Source: Candidatus Pacearchaeota archaeon UBA73 (GTDB lineage: Archaea > Nanobdellota > Nanobdellia > Pacearchaeales > GW2011-AR1). Taken from it: a stretch of DNA of 64,000 nucleotides. Position numbers and translations under genes: made by a program. Each line of letters opens with the position of its first letter. The first letter of the stretch is position 1. The DNA is taken from NCBI GenBank assembly GCA_002496015.1, contig DAIF01000004.1:26196-90195 (forward strand). Reading direction: 5' to 3'. Below are positions 15,801-25,314 of the stretch, in pieces. Under the pieces are notes generated by a model. That model was not told the origin of the DNA. It saw nothing but the letters and a program-made list of their open reading frames with translations, and did not search any database.

Positions 15801-17835
15801 TTTGGTCTTCAACACAACTTAAAGTTGCCCCGTCAAAAGTTAAGATTTCATTAGCTGCGCAAGTAGGTATATTAGTTATGTTCTGATATTTTATTATCAC
15901 GCCGTCAATCCCTAATGATTCGTAGGAAGAATTATAGGTCGAGAGCCATGCAGACATATTGCCGGAGATTGCAGCCATCGCGACCGGATCGGTTTCTTCA
16001 TAGGATGTCAAAAATTCCTGCGAGTTAACATAATCAATCGCAGACTGAGTCTGATTATAACCCCAGATTATTGAAGAATAAAGAGTGTCTGTTAATGATT
16101 GGTTAAAGCTTGAATTTCCTGGTTCAATCTCCAAAATAAAATTATCAATCTCACTTCTATTATATACTTCATCTTTTGTATAAAAAATATCCTTAAACAA
16201 TTCTAAGAAATATTCAAATAAATCCGTAGTGTTTCTGCCATCGAGATGATTGGAATTATTTACAGAGCTTCCCGATAAATCAAGATTTGTCTCATTAAAA
16301 TAATTATGTGGATTTTCATTTAGAGGATAATACAAACTATCTGTCAGGGATTGATTAAAAGAGGAGTTAATTACAGAAGACAAAACAGAATCAATATCCG
16401 TTATATTGTAATAATTGTCAAACATTAATTCGATTTCTTCTAAAATAGAATCTATTTCAGTTTGATTATAATATTGTGAAAGCAACGCAATAACTTGGGT
16501 TTGATTGTAAAATGTCTGATTAATCCAGCTATCGTCATAACTTTCATTGAGATAATTGAGAGGATTTTCATTTAGAGGATAGTAAAGAGAATCTGCTAAT
16601 GTTTGATTAAAAGAGGAGTTAATTATAGAAGATAAGAAATAATCTATTTCGCTTTGATTATAATAATTGTCAAACATTAATTCGATTTCTTCTAAAATAG
16701 AATCTATTTCGGTCTGATTGTAATATTGTGAAAGTAACGCAATAACTTGAGTTTGATTGTAAAATGTTTGGTTAATCCAACTATCGTCATAAGGTGTTAT
16801 AACAAGGTCGTTCGTAAAATTAGAAAGATGAGTATAGGGGAAATTTGTCGAGTTGTAATATCCGGACGGATTCGTAGCAAGATAATAATCTCCTTTAGCT
16901 AAATCCCAGTCTGACTCTAGCAAATAATCGTCTATATCGAAGTCAGATGAATTGTAATAATTAAACCCAAGGATTTCTAATTTGTTGAAAAATGTCTGAT
17001 TAATCCACGCGTCATCATACACCGTTGTTTCATTTATGAAACCGTAAGGGTTACTTAATGGATAATAAATAGTATCAGCCAAACTCTGATTCCATGACAA
17101 ATTCATCCTAGAATCCAACAATTCATCCACATCCGTTTTATTGTAATAGTCAGATAAATCTACTTCGCTAGTAGGCAACCCAGTTAACAAACTTCCGTCC
17201 CCGATGAAATAACTCGCAGTTACATTTCCCGAGACATCTATATCCTGAACGAATAGCTTTGTTATTCTGCTCGTGATACTTCCGAGGAATTCAAAAAAAC
17301 CAGTCCCTGCAGCGGTGATGTTCCCTTCAAAAATTTCTGATTGATTTTTTAATGCATAATCTGCAAGATCGGCTTCTCCTCCACCAACTGCAATGCACTC
17401 AACGCTTCCGTCTTCATTAACGATTCTAACCGCATATCCTTCAGCACAACTCTGTATCAGTGAAAAGTTAAAGAATGACGCGTCATTTATCAGCCCCAAC
17501 GGCGACTGAAATTCAATTCTTTCATTTCCATTAAAGTCTAGATCATCCCCGTTTATTTCATAATCTTTCCAATAATATTTTCCATACTCTAAGTCTGGAT
17601 TAATCATCAGATTCCACGAACCGTTTACTATTGCATTCTGAACTGTTAAATCAAAAAGAGGGTTTCCTCCTATAGGAGAATCGTATATCCTAATGGTCAA
17701 GTCTCCCACTTCAAGCCGTTCTTGTGTTGAGATGTCTTTCACGTCAGTCCCCTGATCTGAAATTAAAACAGCAGACGCTAAACTAGAAAAAATTATAATT
17801 GCCAAGACAACCGTAACGAACTTACCCCTCACCAT
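12856..17835 (-). CDS. Giant secreted/surface repeat protein (1659 aa), N-glycosylation-sequon-rich, adhesin/S-layer-like
   Basis: N-terminal signal/anchor MVRGKFVTVVLAIIIFSSLASA. Asn/Tyr/Ser/Thr-rich. Many N-x-S/T sequons. Several internal repeat families. No C-terminal TM segment. Confidence 0.85.
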   Translation of the reverse strand: MVRGKFVTVVLAIIIFSSLASAVLISDQGTDVKDISTQERLEVGDLTIRIYDSPIGGNPLFDLTVQNAIVNGSWNLMINPDLEYGKYYWKDYEINGDDLDFNGNERIEFQSPLGLINDASFFNFSLIQSCAEGYAVRIVNEDGSVECIAVGGGEADLADYALKNQSEIFEGNITAAGTGFFEFLGSITSRITKLFVQDIDVSGNVTASYFIGDGSLLTGLPTSEVDLSDYYNKTDVDELLDSRMNLSWNQSLADTIYYPLSNPYGFINETTVYDDAWINQTFFNKLEILGFNYYNSSDFDIDDYLLESDWDLAKGDYYLATNPSGYYNSTNFPYTHLSNFTNDLVITPYDDSWINQTFYNQTQVIALLSQYYNQTEIDSILEEIELMFDNYYNQSEIDYFLSSIINSSFNQTLADSLYYPLNENPLNYLNESYDDSWINQTFYNQTQVIALLSQYYNQTEIDSILEEIELMFDNYYNITDIDSVLSSVINSSFNQSLTDSLYYPLNENPHNYFNETNLDLSGSSVNNSNHLDGRNTTDLFEYFLELFKDIFYTKDEVYNRSEIDNFILEIEPGNSSFNQSLTDTLYSSIIWGYNQTQSAIDYVNSQEFLTSYEETDPVAMAAISGNMSAWLSTYNSSYESLGIDGVIIKYQNITNIPTCAANEILTFDGATLSCVEDQIGEIGTYNASYHATSMDVSANRSSWFSTYNSTYDSKISYNSTFNQTLTDALYTYIAGSNLTLIGQTFSLNTVSLKSWLDLIYQPLGDYLTGVIIYQMIAGNKTELEQYTDSVVIANATHLDNLKLDKSDQRYNDTDWVLSQNYITGPPVWTAIVGNRTESESTLRNEIEANYTDLEIRKLDITDQRYNDTDWVLSQNYLTSYTELDPVFLTENSTLWAAINDKLDTSDQRYNETALILSVNRSSNIMALGFYNQTEIQGLIAGIDADNSTFNQSLTDTLYYSITNPSNFINLTQGQVFNDTILILDVNSTLWNHIISNTPAWLSTYNETYDSITPGNSSFNQSLADTLYYSITNPLNFINDTSASIYNDTLLILNVNSSLWQYILDNEDDWADDGIIYTHLSNFTNDLAGREFWYNHTTEAINYVDSQGYLTSYNETDPLWTANSSLILYIADLPLENQTLVHCSNITGTTSNLCTLIDTNTIGLIDTDGDYLFDNGTRVFFNSTKNNLTIDHRISLNPQGFLTSIADDSVIIKYQNISNIPSCSANQYLTFDGSVLSCETVASGTFNQTYHDTYLDVLSNRTLWFSTFNSTYDTYSYNQTQPAIDYIDSQGFITSPADWSLYPALVNVNMSENDIVSLGNINLSGKFNFFRNGDVISTISFNTISAPNSFDFSVINNNLGLSVDPSYLIWLKGNTAIPDNTRLGFGYSLPSIGTPRFSFVSNTSEYTLDLEIAPTTVFPPIQATAFRINSKMNDLDVGIWGNSFDEPFFYTDANGWFVTMGGTLSSPEPPTLSVDIGAKQVGIGTYVPEYTLDVNGNIRAVDSIRSDADQWCNATACYPLADFLTSGGGGGTRNYSQLFTTGYSGGTIGAAGFISFFGDSAPNVDFYDRAIRMPMNMTFKNLWAYKGTGAIAIQMILWVNNQSTTFGCSLSSTVPDTCENVVDEIFVEKGQLVAWQLNRSTGVAVGDVSLSWEGVTEINV
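16285..16788 (-). repeat. Two tandem 252-bp (84-aa) repeats inside the giant gene
   Basis: DDSWINQTFYNQTQVIALLSQYYNQTEIDSILEEIELMFDNYYN is identical in both copies. The DNA copies differ at synonymous sites, e.g. CAATATTATAATCAAACT versus CAATATTACAATCAGACC. Confidence 0.9.
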
Positions 17836-18088
17836 ATAATCTCTTTAACTGTCTTCGCTTCGAAATACGGAATCTTTTCCAAAACCTCAAATTTAAAAGG
17901 ATACCCTTTCGTTCATGTAATCTAATAATTGTTCTCTTTTTTATTATTTAAACATTTGGTTCTCCGAAGGGATTATACGTCGGAAAAATCAAATTGTGGC
18001 AATCTGACCTATTAAAAAGAAACCTTCATTTCTATAACTCAGTATAATAATTTAAAAACTATATCCCATTCAGATTTCCACGGAGAAA

Positions 18089-19786
18089 ATGAAAACCGAA
18101 ACAAGATTAGTAACTGCGGCACTGCCTTACATAAACAATGTCCCTCACTTGGGACACATAGTTGGATCTCACCTGCCCGCAGACATATTCGCGAGATTCT
18201 GCAGAACAAAGGGCTATGACACTTTGTTCATCGGAGGAACCGACGAACACGGTTCGACTTCCGAGATTGCAGCGAGCGAGGTCGGGGCGGACTTCGAGAC
18301 TTTCGGAGTGAAACTCCACGAAGAGCATAAAAAAATCTACGACTGGTTCAACATTTCTTATGACGTATTCTCTAGAACGCCCTCCAAGACTCACATCTCA
18401 ACCACGCAGGATTTCTTCAAAAAAATAAACACCAATGGATTCATCACCTCTGGCAAAATGAAAGTTTTCTATTCGCCAAAAGAAGACCGGTATCTGCCGG
18501 ACAGATATATTCGGGGAACTTGTCCAAGGTGCGGTTACGAAGACGCCACCGGCGACCAATGCGAAAACTGCACCGCCGTCCTCGACCCGACTCAACTGAT
18601 AAATCCTCGCTCTTCAATCTCCGGAGAAAAGATTGAAATAAGGGAAAGAGAACACTTGTTTCTCCGACTGGATAAACTCAGCCCCCAGCTCGAAAGCTGG
18701 ATAAAATCCCAGACAACCTGGCGCCCCCAAGTTACTTCTCTAGCACTGAGTTGGATTAAGGAAGGTCTGAAAGAACGTTGTATCACTAGGGATTTGAAGC
18801 ACGGCGTTCCGGTTCCTCTACCCGGCTTCGAAGACAAGGTTTTCTACGTGTGGTTCGACGCTCCAATAGGATATCTCTCATTTACCAAAGAAGCAGCGCC
18901 GAAACGCTGGCAGAAATTCTGGCAGGATGATTCATCAAAAATCTATCACTTTCTTGGAAAAGACAATATTCCGTTTCACACAATATTCTGGCCTGGCATG
19001 CTTCTCGCCCACGGAAATATCAACCTGCCGCATCAGGTCATCGGACTTCAATACCTTAATTACGAAGGCGGAAAATTCTCAAAGAGCCAAAAGCGCGGAG
19101 TCTTCTGCGAAAAACTTCCGGAAACAGGTCTCGACTCAGACGTAATGCGGGCATATCTTACTTTCCTCATACCAGAGACAGCCGATTCAGAGTTTAGGTG
19201 GGACGATTTCCAAAGACGGGTAAACACCGAAATCATCGGAAACCTCGGGAACTTCGTGAACCGGACGCTGCACCTTGTCAAGCAGAAAAACAACCAAATC
19301 GTCTCAAAACCAAAAGAAACCGAACTAGAACAAATTGACAGGGAGATACTCGTTTCAGTCGAAACAAAAGTCAAAAAAGCGACGGAACTTCTCGAACAGG
19401 CAAAACTGCGGGAAGCTTTCAGCGAAATCCTCAGCTTGTCAGCAGACGGAAACAAATACCTCTCTGATACAAAGCCTTGGTCGAGTGAGGATTCTGTCCG
19501 CACTAACACTGTTTTATATCACGGCGCGGCTATTTGTCGGTCTCTTGCGATTTTAATCTCGCCTTATCTTCCTACAACAAGCAAACGAATCTGGAATCAG
19601 CTGGCTCTTTCAGGAAAAGCCGACGCCGCAGGCAACTGGGACAGTGCCGCAGAGTTGGACTTACAGGAGAATCACCGGATAGGCGAGCCGGAAGTGCTTT
19701 TCGGAAGGTTGACCTCGGAAGAAGTCAAAAGGATAAAAAACACAACTTCGCAAACGACCGAAATCAAAGAACTTTTTAACAAGTGA
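18089..19786 (+). CDS. metG: Methionyl-tRNA synthetase
   Basis: ALPYINNVPHLGHIVG (HIGH), KFSKSQ (KMSKS), Zn knuckle CPRCGYEDATGDQCENC. 565 aa. Confidence 0.95.
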   Translation: MKTETRLVTAALPYINNVPHLGHIVGSHLPADIFARFCRTKGYDTLFIGGTDEHGSTSEIAASEVGADFETFGVKLHEEHKKIYDWFNISYDVFSRTPSKTHISTTQDFFKKINTNGFITSGKMKVFYSPKEDRYLPDRYIRGTCPRCGYEDATGDQCENCTAVLDPTQLINPRSSISGEKIEIREREHLFLRLDKLSPQLESWIKSQTTWRPQVTSLALSWIKEGLKERCITRDLKHGVPVPLPGFEDKVFYVWFDAPIGYLSFTKEAAPKRWQKFWQDDSSKIYHFLGKDNIPFHTIFWPGMLLAHGNINLPHQVIGLQYLNYEGGKFSKSQKRGVFCEKLPETGLDSDVMRAYLTFLIPETADSEFRWDDFQRRVNTEIIGNLGNFVNRTLHLVKQKNNQIVSKPKETELEQIDREILVSVETKVKKATELLEQAKLREAFSEILSLSADGNKYLSDTKPWSSEDSVRTNTVLYHGAAICRSLAILISPYLPTTSKRIWNQLALSGKADAAGNWDSAAELDLQENHRIGEPEVLFGRLTSEEVKRIKNTTSQTTEIKELFNK

Positions 19787-19843
19787 TCCATTTGTTAACG
19801 GAATTAACCTCCAACTTATAAAACATTCATATTAAATTAACAT

Positions 19844-20239
19844 ATGAAGACAAAAATAGTATTAGCGGTTCTCATTGCATTATTCGTGTTAGGTCTAACT
19901 TTCTTCATCCGTACAAACCAATCAAACTACCAGTCCTCAGAACAATCTTCCGATAATCTCGCAGGGCAGCAAAGCTCGACAACCGTGTTTATATCAGAAC
20001 TCACGAAACACAACACTCTCGAAGATTGTTGGATAGCCTACGACGGAAAAGTTTACGACATAACATCCTTCTTGCCAAGACACCCCGGCTCCGCCGGAGC
20101 AATCCTGCCTTACTGCGGCTCAGCGACAGAATTCGAACAGGCTTTCGTCGCCCAACACGGCACTTCAAAAATTTCAAACCTGATGCGCGTCGGCACTTTC
20201 ATCGGCGACTTCGATATAATAGGAGCACTTCAAAACTAA
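19844..20239 (+). CDS. Membrane-anchored cytochrome b5-like heme/steroid-binding domain protein
   Basis: N-terminal TM segment, then HNTLEDCWIAYDGKVYDITSFLPRHPGS, typical of cyt-b5-like domains. Confidence 0.7.
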   Translation: MKTKIVLAVLIALFVLGLTFFIRTNQSNYQSSEQSSDNLAGQQSSTTVFISELTKHNTLEDCWIAYDGKVYDITSFLPRHPGSAGAILPYCGSATEFEQAFVAQHGTSKISNLMRVGTFIGDFDIIGALQN

Positions 20240-20240
20240 A

Positions 20241-20630
20241 ATGGAAAAATACGCAAAACCAACACTCAGAATCGCAATGGCTTTAGTCTTTCTTTACTTT
20301 GGGTTCCAACAAATTTCTTCTCCAGACAACTGGGCAGGTTTTGTGCCGGAATTTTTGACCAGCTCTATAATAACTGCCAATAATCTGGTAATTCTTAACG
20401 GAATTGTTGAGCTAATCCTCGGTTTGTTCCTTATCCTCGGCTTGTACACGCGCGCCGCGTCCCTAATCCTTGCACTCCACCTATTCGGAATCTCCTTTTC
20501 GATTGGCTTCACTCCGCTCGGCGTAAGAGACTTCGGACTCTCGTTCGCGACCCTCGTAGTTTTCCTGAACGGCCCGGACCAATATACCCTCGACGCCAAA
20601 TTCGCCAGAAAGAAATCCAAAAAAGACTAG
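20241..20630 (+). CDS. DoxX-like small integral membrane protein
   Basis: Four predicted TM helices. ALVFLYFGFQQI... resembles the DoxX family. Starts 1 nt after the previous stop. Confidence 0.55.
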   Translation: MEKYAKPTLRIAMALVFLYFGFQQISSPDNWAGFVPEFLTSSIITANNLVILNGIVELILGLFLILGLYTRAASLILALHLFGISFSIGFTPLGVRDFGLSFATLVVFLNGPDQYTLDAKFARKKSKKD

Positions 20631-21475
20631 TCTTTTTTTCTAACTATCTTCCCTTCCTGCCAATCCTTCAAAACTCTTCTCGCTACCCTGTCTGTATCAA
20701 CTTCCCCGCCTTTCTTAAGAAAGTTCCATCTTCGCCCAAGCTCTTCTAACAACACATCGATTTCTCCTCCAGAATCAACGTCGTAAAATCTATCAAAAAT
20801 TTTCGGTTCTTCTTTCATTATTTCATTCAACACAATATCTGGATACTTCGCTTTATGGTAGTCTTTCGCTCCAACCTCTATCTGTTTCTTCACAATTCTT
20901 TCATTTATAGAATTCTCTTCGCCCCCGGTTATTACCCCCGGAGAATCGAGGATGTATATGCCGTCCCTGAATCTCACTTTTTTCAGACTCGTGGTAAAAC
21001 CTGCGTGCGGTGAAGTTCCCGCTCTTTTGCCCCCAACAAGGGCATTTATCAGCGAGCTCTTGCCAGTATTTGGATAACCAACAACACCAATCATAACTTT
21101 CCTTTTCTTTAGCCGCGAAGCTTCTATCGCAAGCATCTCCCGCAATCGCGCCCGACCAATCCGCCCCACAGCCGAAAATAGGGCATACGGCTGTATCTGC
21201 GTCAGGTCATAATTGAACTTCAACTCTTTAACTTCTATCAGGTCTGCCTTCATCAAAACGAACACAAGTTTCTTTCCTTTCTTTCGCACATCGTTCTCAA
21301 GCTCCGGATTTCTTGTCTTATCAATAAATCTCGCATCAATAACTTCAAGCACAATATCTGACTGATCAATCACATCTCGCGCCATTTGAACAAACGGCAC
21401 ACTATGTTTGTTAGTCATAGGTGATTTCCGAAACTTCTGAGTGAACTTAGACGAAAATGCGTATTTGTTCTTCAT
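20627..21475 (-). CDS. Circularly permuted ribosome-biogenesis GTPase (YlqF/RbgA/YawG family)
   Basis: The G4-like motif VLMKADL precedes the G1 motif GYPNTGKSSLINAL and the G3 motif LDSPG, which is the permuted order. Confidence 0.8.
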   Translation of the reverse strand: MKNKYAFSSKFTQKFRKSPMTNKHSVPFVQMARDVIDQSDIVLEVIDARFIDKTRNPELENDVRKKGKKLVFVLMKADLIEVKELKFNYDLTQIQPYALFSAVGRIGRARLREMLAIEASRLKKRKVMIGVVGYPNTGKSSLINALVGGKRAGTSPHAGFTTSLKKVRFRDGIYILDSPGVITGGEENSINERIVKKQIEVGAKDYHKAKYPDIVLNEIMKEEPKIFDRFYDVDSGGEIDVLLEELGRRWNFLKKGGEVDTDRVARRVLKDWQEGKIVRKKD

Positions 21476-21516
21476 AAGAAACTAATGCAGGCCTTCTTTT
21501 TAAATTGCTCTTCCAC

Positions 21517-22095
21517 TTAACCAAGCCCACTCTTTATGCCAAAGCTCACGCTTCCGTAAACTGGCTGGGCCTGCGGACCGTCCTCATTGGGAGGGACTGT
21601 TGGCAGTCCACTGTCGGATGTGCTTCCTCCCGGCGCATCGGGGTTGTCACCAGAGTCATCGTCTTGATTGAAACCGTCGTCGATTCCATCGTCATTGCCT
21701 GCGTTCGATTCGTCATCTCCTAAGTTATCGCTCTGGTTCGTGCCAGTCTCAGGATTGTTCTCAGAATTATTATCTCCCTCATTTGATTGCGACGAACCCT
21801 CTTCTTGCCGTACGACCGTATCCAATGTGTCATAGCCATATCTTCTCAATTTGTCATTTATGTATTGGAAAACGCTTGACTCCTGACCTTTCTTTTTCTG
21901 ATCTGAATCTCCTGTAACCACAACAGAGTCTTTTTGCACTTCTCCGTTAGGCAGAGTCATCTCGCCGAATCCGTCGCTAAGGCGATTCCCACCAAGCCCG
22001 AATAGATAGAATTGGACAGAAATGACATTAAAAAGAGACAACGCAAGTGCTAGAACCAAGAGCAGCTTCACGTCTTTTTGTACCCCTTTAGCCAT
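21517..22095 (-). CDS. Membrane-anchored acidic low-complexity protein
   Basis: N-terminal hydrophobic segment LLLVLALALSLFNVISVQFYLF, then a D/N/G/S-rich region. Confidence 0.45.
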   Translation of the reverse strand: MAKGVQKDVKLLLVLALALSLFNVISVQFYLFGLGGNRLSDGFGEMTLPNGEVQKDSVVVTGDSDQKKKGQESSVFQYINDKLRRYGYDTLDTVVRQEEGSSQSNEGDNNSENNPETGTNQSDNLGDDESNAGNDDGIDDGFNQDDDSGDNPDAPGGSTSDSGLPTVPPNEDGPQAQPVYGSVSFGIKSGLG

Positions 22096-22163
22096 TCCTT
22101 TTATACAAAAGTCTAATTTAAATGCATATGTTTTCCGAGAAATCTATGTTCCAAGCGATATTT

Positions 22164-23288
22164 TTAGGCCCTAATCATTTGCTGTTGCTGCTCCATAAGC
22201 ACCTTGAAATAGAATTGTTCTAACGCCTTCATTCCTATAACATTCTGATTTTCAACGTACGCTCCTATCAGCGAAGTCAACCTGACCTTTCTGCGGACAT
22301 ACGGCAGCAACGGTCTTAATAATATGGGGGATCTGTCAAAAAAGCCCATCAAAATCCCAAGCGTCTTATTGCCGGTATCTAGTTTATACTTCCCGATTCT
22401 GGGCAGGTCAGTCTGAAAAGCAAGATGGTCTATTGTATTTAAAACATATGTCCTTAGCATGTCGACCGCAAGATTTTGTTTCACGAGATAAGAATTTCCC
22501 CTGACAATATTTGCCCAGTACTCCTTGAACGTCTCGCCATGCGCAAGAGTATACCCCATCGTACCCGCATCTCCAAAATGTCCGTCGCTTCCGGCAGTCG
22601 TGCCTTTTTTCAGTACACCCGCAAGAAACTCTCCCGCAAGGTTCTCGAATAATGCACGGTTGCTGTTCGACGCTTCAATCACCGGAAAAAGGCGCGCATA
22701 CTTGAGAATTTTATCAAAATTGCCTTCATTGATTTTTGCATTCTCGCTAAGATCGAACCAAAGCGGATGATTATACTGAAAACTCAACTCTTTATCCTCG
22801 CAATATCTCACGAACGACTTGACGTCTTTCCTTAGCTTAGACAGGATCTCAAAATCTTTTCGTGAGTGCCCATAGACATTGACATGAATTATATGTCCTA
22901 ACTTCGGATCGTCGACGGTAAACTCTGTGCCGGGTATAAACTTTCTCAACAGCTCTGGATTATTTTTCAATTCCGCGATTACTACTTCATTCTGGGCATA
23001 CTCATCATGATCTGTTATCGTAACAAAGTCCATTCCTTGCTTCAATGCTGTGAAAAATATTTGCATCGGATGGAACTCCGGTCTCTCTTTGACATCGCGG
23101 GAGTAGAACGAGTGCGCGTGTCCATCCCATGCCTTTAATCTCAAGTCGTTTAGTTTCGTCTTTACAATGTGTGGACTTTCTCGACGGGAAATCAAGTCGT
23201 CGCCCGCGCCCTCCTTTTTGGCAGATGTTGTCATCCTAAGGGATATGCGACCACCATACTTAAAGATTGCGCCTGTCTTGCTGTCCAA
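22164..23288 (-). CDS. PHP-domain metal-dependent phosphoesterase
   Basis: WDGHAHSFYSRD and FVTITDHDEY motifs. The start may be the internal M at 23234. Confidence 0.75.
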   Translation of the reverse strand: MDSKTGAIFKYGGRISLRMTTSAKKEGAGDDLISRRESPHIVKTKLNDLRLKAWDGHAHSFYSRDVKERPEFHPMQIFFTALKQGMDFVTITDHDEYAQNEVVIAELKNNPELLRKFIPGTEFTVDDPKLGHIIHVNVYGHSRKDFEILSKLRKDVKSFVRYCEDKELSFQYNHPLWFDLSENAKINEGNFDKILKYARLFPVIEASNSNRALFENLAGEFLAGVLKKGTTAGSDGHFGDAGTMGYTLAHGETFKEYWANIVRGNSYLVKQNLAVDMLRTYVLNTIDHLAFQTDLPRIGKYKLDTGNKTLGILMGFFDRSPILLRPLLPYVRRKVRLTSLIGAYVENQNVIGMKALEQFYFKVLMEQQQQMIRA

Positions 23289-23484
23289 CTCTGCTCACGC
23301 TCCAAAATCTTATCTAAAGGACTTGCAAGTCACTCGTCTCTCGTTCTGGCAGACTATTTGTCAGCAAGATTTATCGTCGACAAAAATTTGCGATCGCAAG
23401 GCAAAATCCAGAGAATCTGGCGCGAGAGCAAAGCTTAAATACGTCTGCGATTTAAGTAACCTCATAGAGGTGATTGAAGGAGAA

Positions 23485-24693
23485 ATGAAATCGCTCGTAC
23501 TGTATCCATATCCAATGGAGTATGACGGCCAAAGTTTGCAAGGCCACTATCTTCTAAAAGGTCTCAAGGAAAACGGAGTGAGTGCTATCGCGTGCGGCCG
23601 CTACAATCGCACCGACAAAAAAGTTTTCTACGAGAAATACAAGCCCGATGTTGTAATCGGAATTGGATTCTGGGGAGACGCCCCGGAGCTGATTAGTCAT
23701 CCCCTCGCTAACAAGATGACCCCAGTGCCTTGGCTCAATGCGAACGGTTGCGTCTTCAACTATCACGACCTTCTTAATTCCCTTCCGCTGATCCTCGCGA
23801 CAAGCAACTGGGTGAAAGCAACGTACATCCGCGACGGAATAAAGCCCGAAAACATTCAGGTAGCTCCGATCGGCTACGATCCAGACATATTCTATCCTCG
23901 TCCCAAATACGATCCGGAAGTAAAAAGGTTGAGGGAAGAGGTTTTGGAGATAAAAGACGATGAGATAATGATTCTTACTGCCGGCGGCGACGTTACAAGC
24001 AAAGGCGCTCAGGAGATGATACGCGCTATAGCGAAAGTCCAGAACAAGCTGCCGAAGTGGAAATATGTTCTAAAAGTCTGGCCAAGTAAATCGGCGCGCG
24101 AGCATGGGATAGAAGAAGAGAAGCTGATTGACGAATTGGGTCTCGACCCTGATCAGTTCATCTATGTAAAAGGTAAATACAATCCCCATAAAATGTCTCT
24201 TCTTCTGAACGCTTGCGATATATACGCCGCGCCTTCAAGGATTGAAGGATTCGGGATGATTCAATTAGAAGCACAGGCGTGCGGCAAGCCCGTGATTTCT
24301 ATAGACGTTGGTGGCCCGCGCGACACGATTATTCCAAATGAAACAGGTTTCCTCGCAGAAGTTGAGTCAGAAGTAAAACTTGACAGCGAATGGGTGACTA
24401 GGAAGATGGGCTTCGAGAGGCGCCATCGGATGAAATTCCCTGAGCCAAAGACATTTGCTTATCGCGCAAATGTCAATCAGCTAGCCGAATCGTTACTCAA
24501 TCTGGCAACCGACGCCAAACTCCGCAACAAAATGGGCAAGGCGGCGGCTCAACACGCCTACGACACGTTCAATTATCGCATAACTGCCAAGCACATAGCC
24601 GATCTGATTAAGAAGTATGTGATTAAGGAAAAGAGCGCGGTCGAACAGCCAATAAATAATCCCGTCTATTCATTCTTGCAGACAAGAGTTTAA
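23485..24693 (+). CDS. GT4-family glycosyltransferase (paralogue 1)
   Basis: ATG at 23485 preceded by GAAGGAG. C-terminal PSRIEGFGMIQLEAQACGKPVI...ETGFL (E-x7-E region). The upstream 106 codons of the tracked ORF look non-coding. Confidence 0.85.
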   Translation: MKSLVLYPYPMEYDGQSLQGHYLLKGLKENGVSAIACGRYNRTDKKVFYEKYKPDVVIGIGFWGDAPELISHPLANKMTPVPWLNANGCVFNYHDLLNSLPLILATSNWVKATYIRDGIKPENIQVAPIGYDPDIFYPRPKYDPEVKRLREEVLEIKDDEIMILTAGGDVTSKGAQEMIRAIAKVQNKLPKWKYVLKVWPSKSAREHGIEEEKLIDELGLDPDQFIYVKGKYNPHKMSLLLNACDIYAAPSRIEGFGMIQLEAQACGKPVISIDVGGPRDTIIPNETGFLAEVESEVKLDSEWVTRKMGFERRHRMKFPEPKTFAYRANVNQLAESLLNLATDAKLRNKMGKAAAQHAYDTFNYRITAKHIADLIKKYVIKEKSAVEQPINNPVYSFLQTRV

Positions 24694-24717
24694 ATATTTC
24701 TTCTGCTTTTTTGCAAA

Positions 24718-25314
24718 ATGAAGAAAGCATTGATGGTTGTCGCCCATCCCGATGATGAGACGATTTGGGCAGGCGGATTAATTCTCCAAAATCCTGATTG
24801 GGATTGGACGATTTTTTCACTCTGTCGGGCTTCAGACAAAGACCGCGCGCCAAAGTTCGGAAAAGTTTGCAAGTACCTGAAAGCAAATTCAATTATTTCT
24901 GATTTAGACGACGAATCAGACGAACTGCTTCCAAGCATGGCTGTGAAAAATTTAATCCTGTCCAATTTGAAAGAAAAAAATTATGATTATATCTTCACTC
25001 ACGGCTCAAACGGCGAATACGGCCACATCCGCCATCTCGACGTCCACTGGGCAGTCACAGAACTAGTCAAAGAAAACAAACTCAAATGCAAAAGGCTCCA
25101 TTTCTTCGCTTATATTCCAAGCAGTCAGCGTTCTCTCCACGACAAAAAAACATTTATCCCCATCGCAGACAAAAAAGCCGATTGGGTAGTTAAACTCACA
25201 AACAAACAACACAAAGAAAAAATAAAACTCATTACAGGCATCTATGGTTTTAAACCGCCAATCTTCGAGACAATGGCTGCTGGCGACGAAGAAGCTTTCA
25301 GTTTACAGAAGTAA
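24718..25314 (+). CDS. PIG-L/LmbE-family N-acetylglucosaminyl deacetylase
   Basis: MVVAHPDDETIWAGG and FTHGSNGEYGHIRH (zinc ligands) are hallmarks of the PIG-L family. Confidence 0.85.
   Translation: MKKALMVVAHPDDETIWAGGLILQNPDWDWTIFSLCRASDKDRAPKFGKVCKYLKANSIISDLDDESDELLPSMAVKNLILSNLKEKNYDYIFTHGSNGEYGHIRHLDVHWAVTELVKENKLKCKRLHFFAYIPSSQRSLHDKKTFIPIADKKADWVVKLTNKQHKEKIKLITGIYGFKPPIFETMAAGDEEAFSLQK

Noticed and set aside
23167-23484. 106-codon N-terminal extension of the first GT4 (and the overlapping 89-aa ORF at 23169-23438)
   Set aside because: The extension overlaps the divergent PHP gene's 5' end and is Ser/Arg/Leu-rich and not protein-like. The paralogue starts at the equivalent of MKSLVLYPY, and a GAAGGAG precedes the ATG at 23485.
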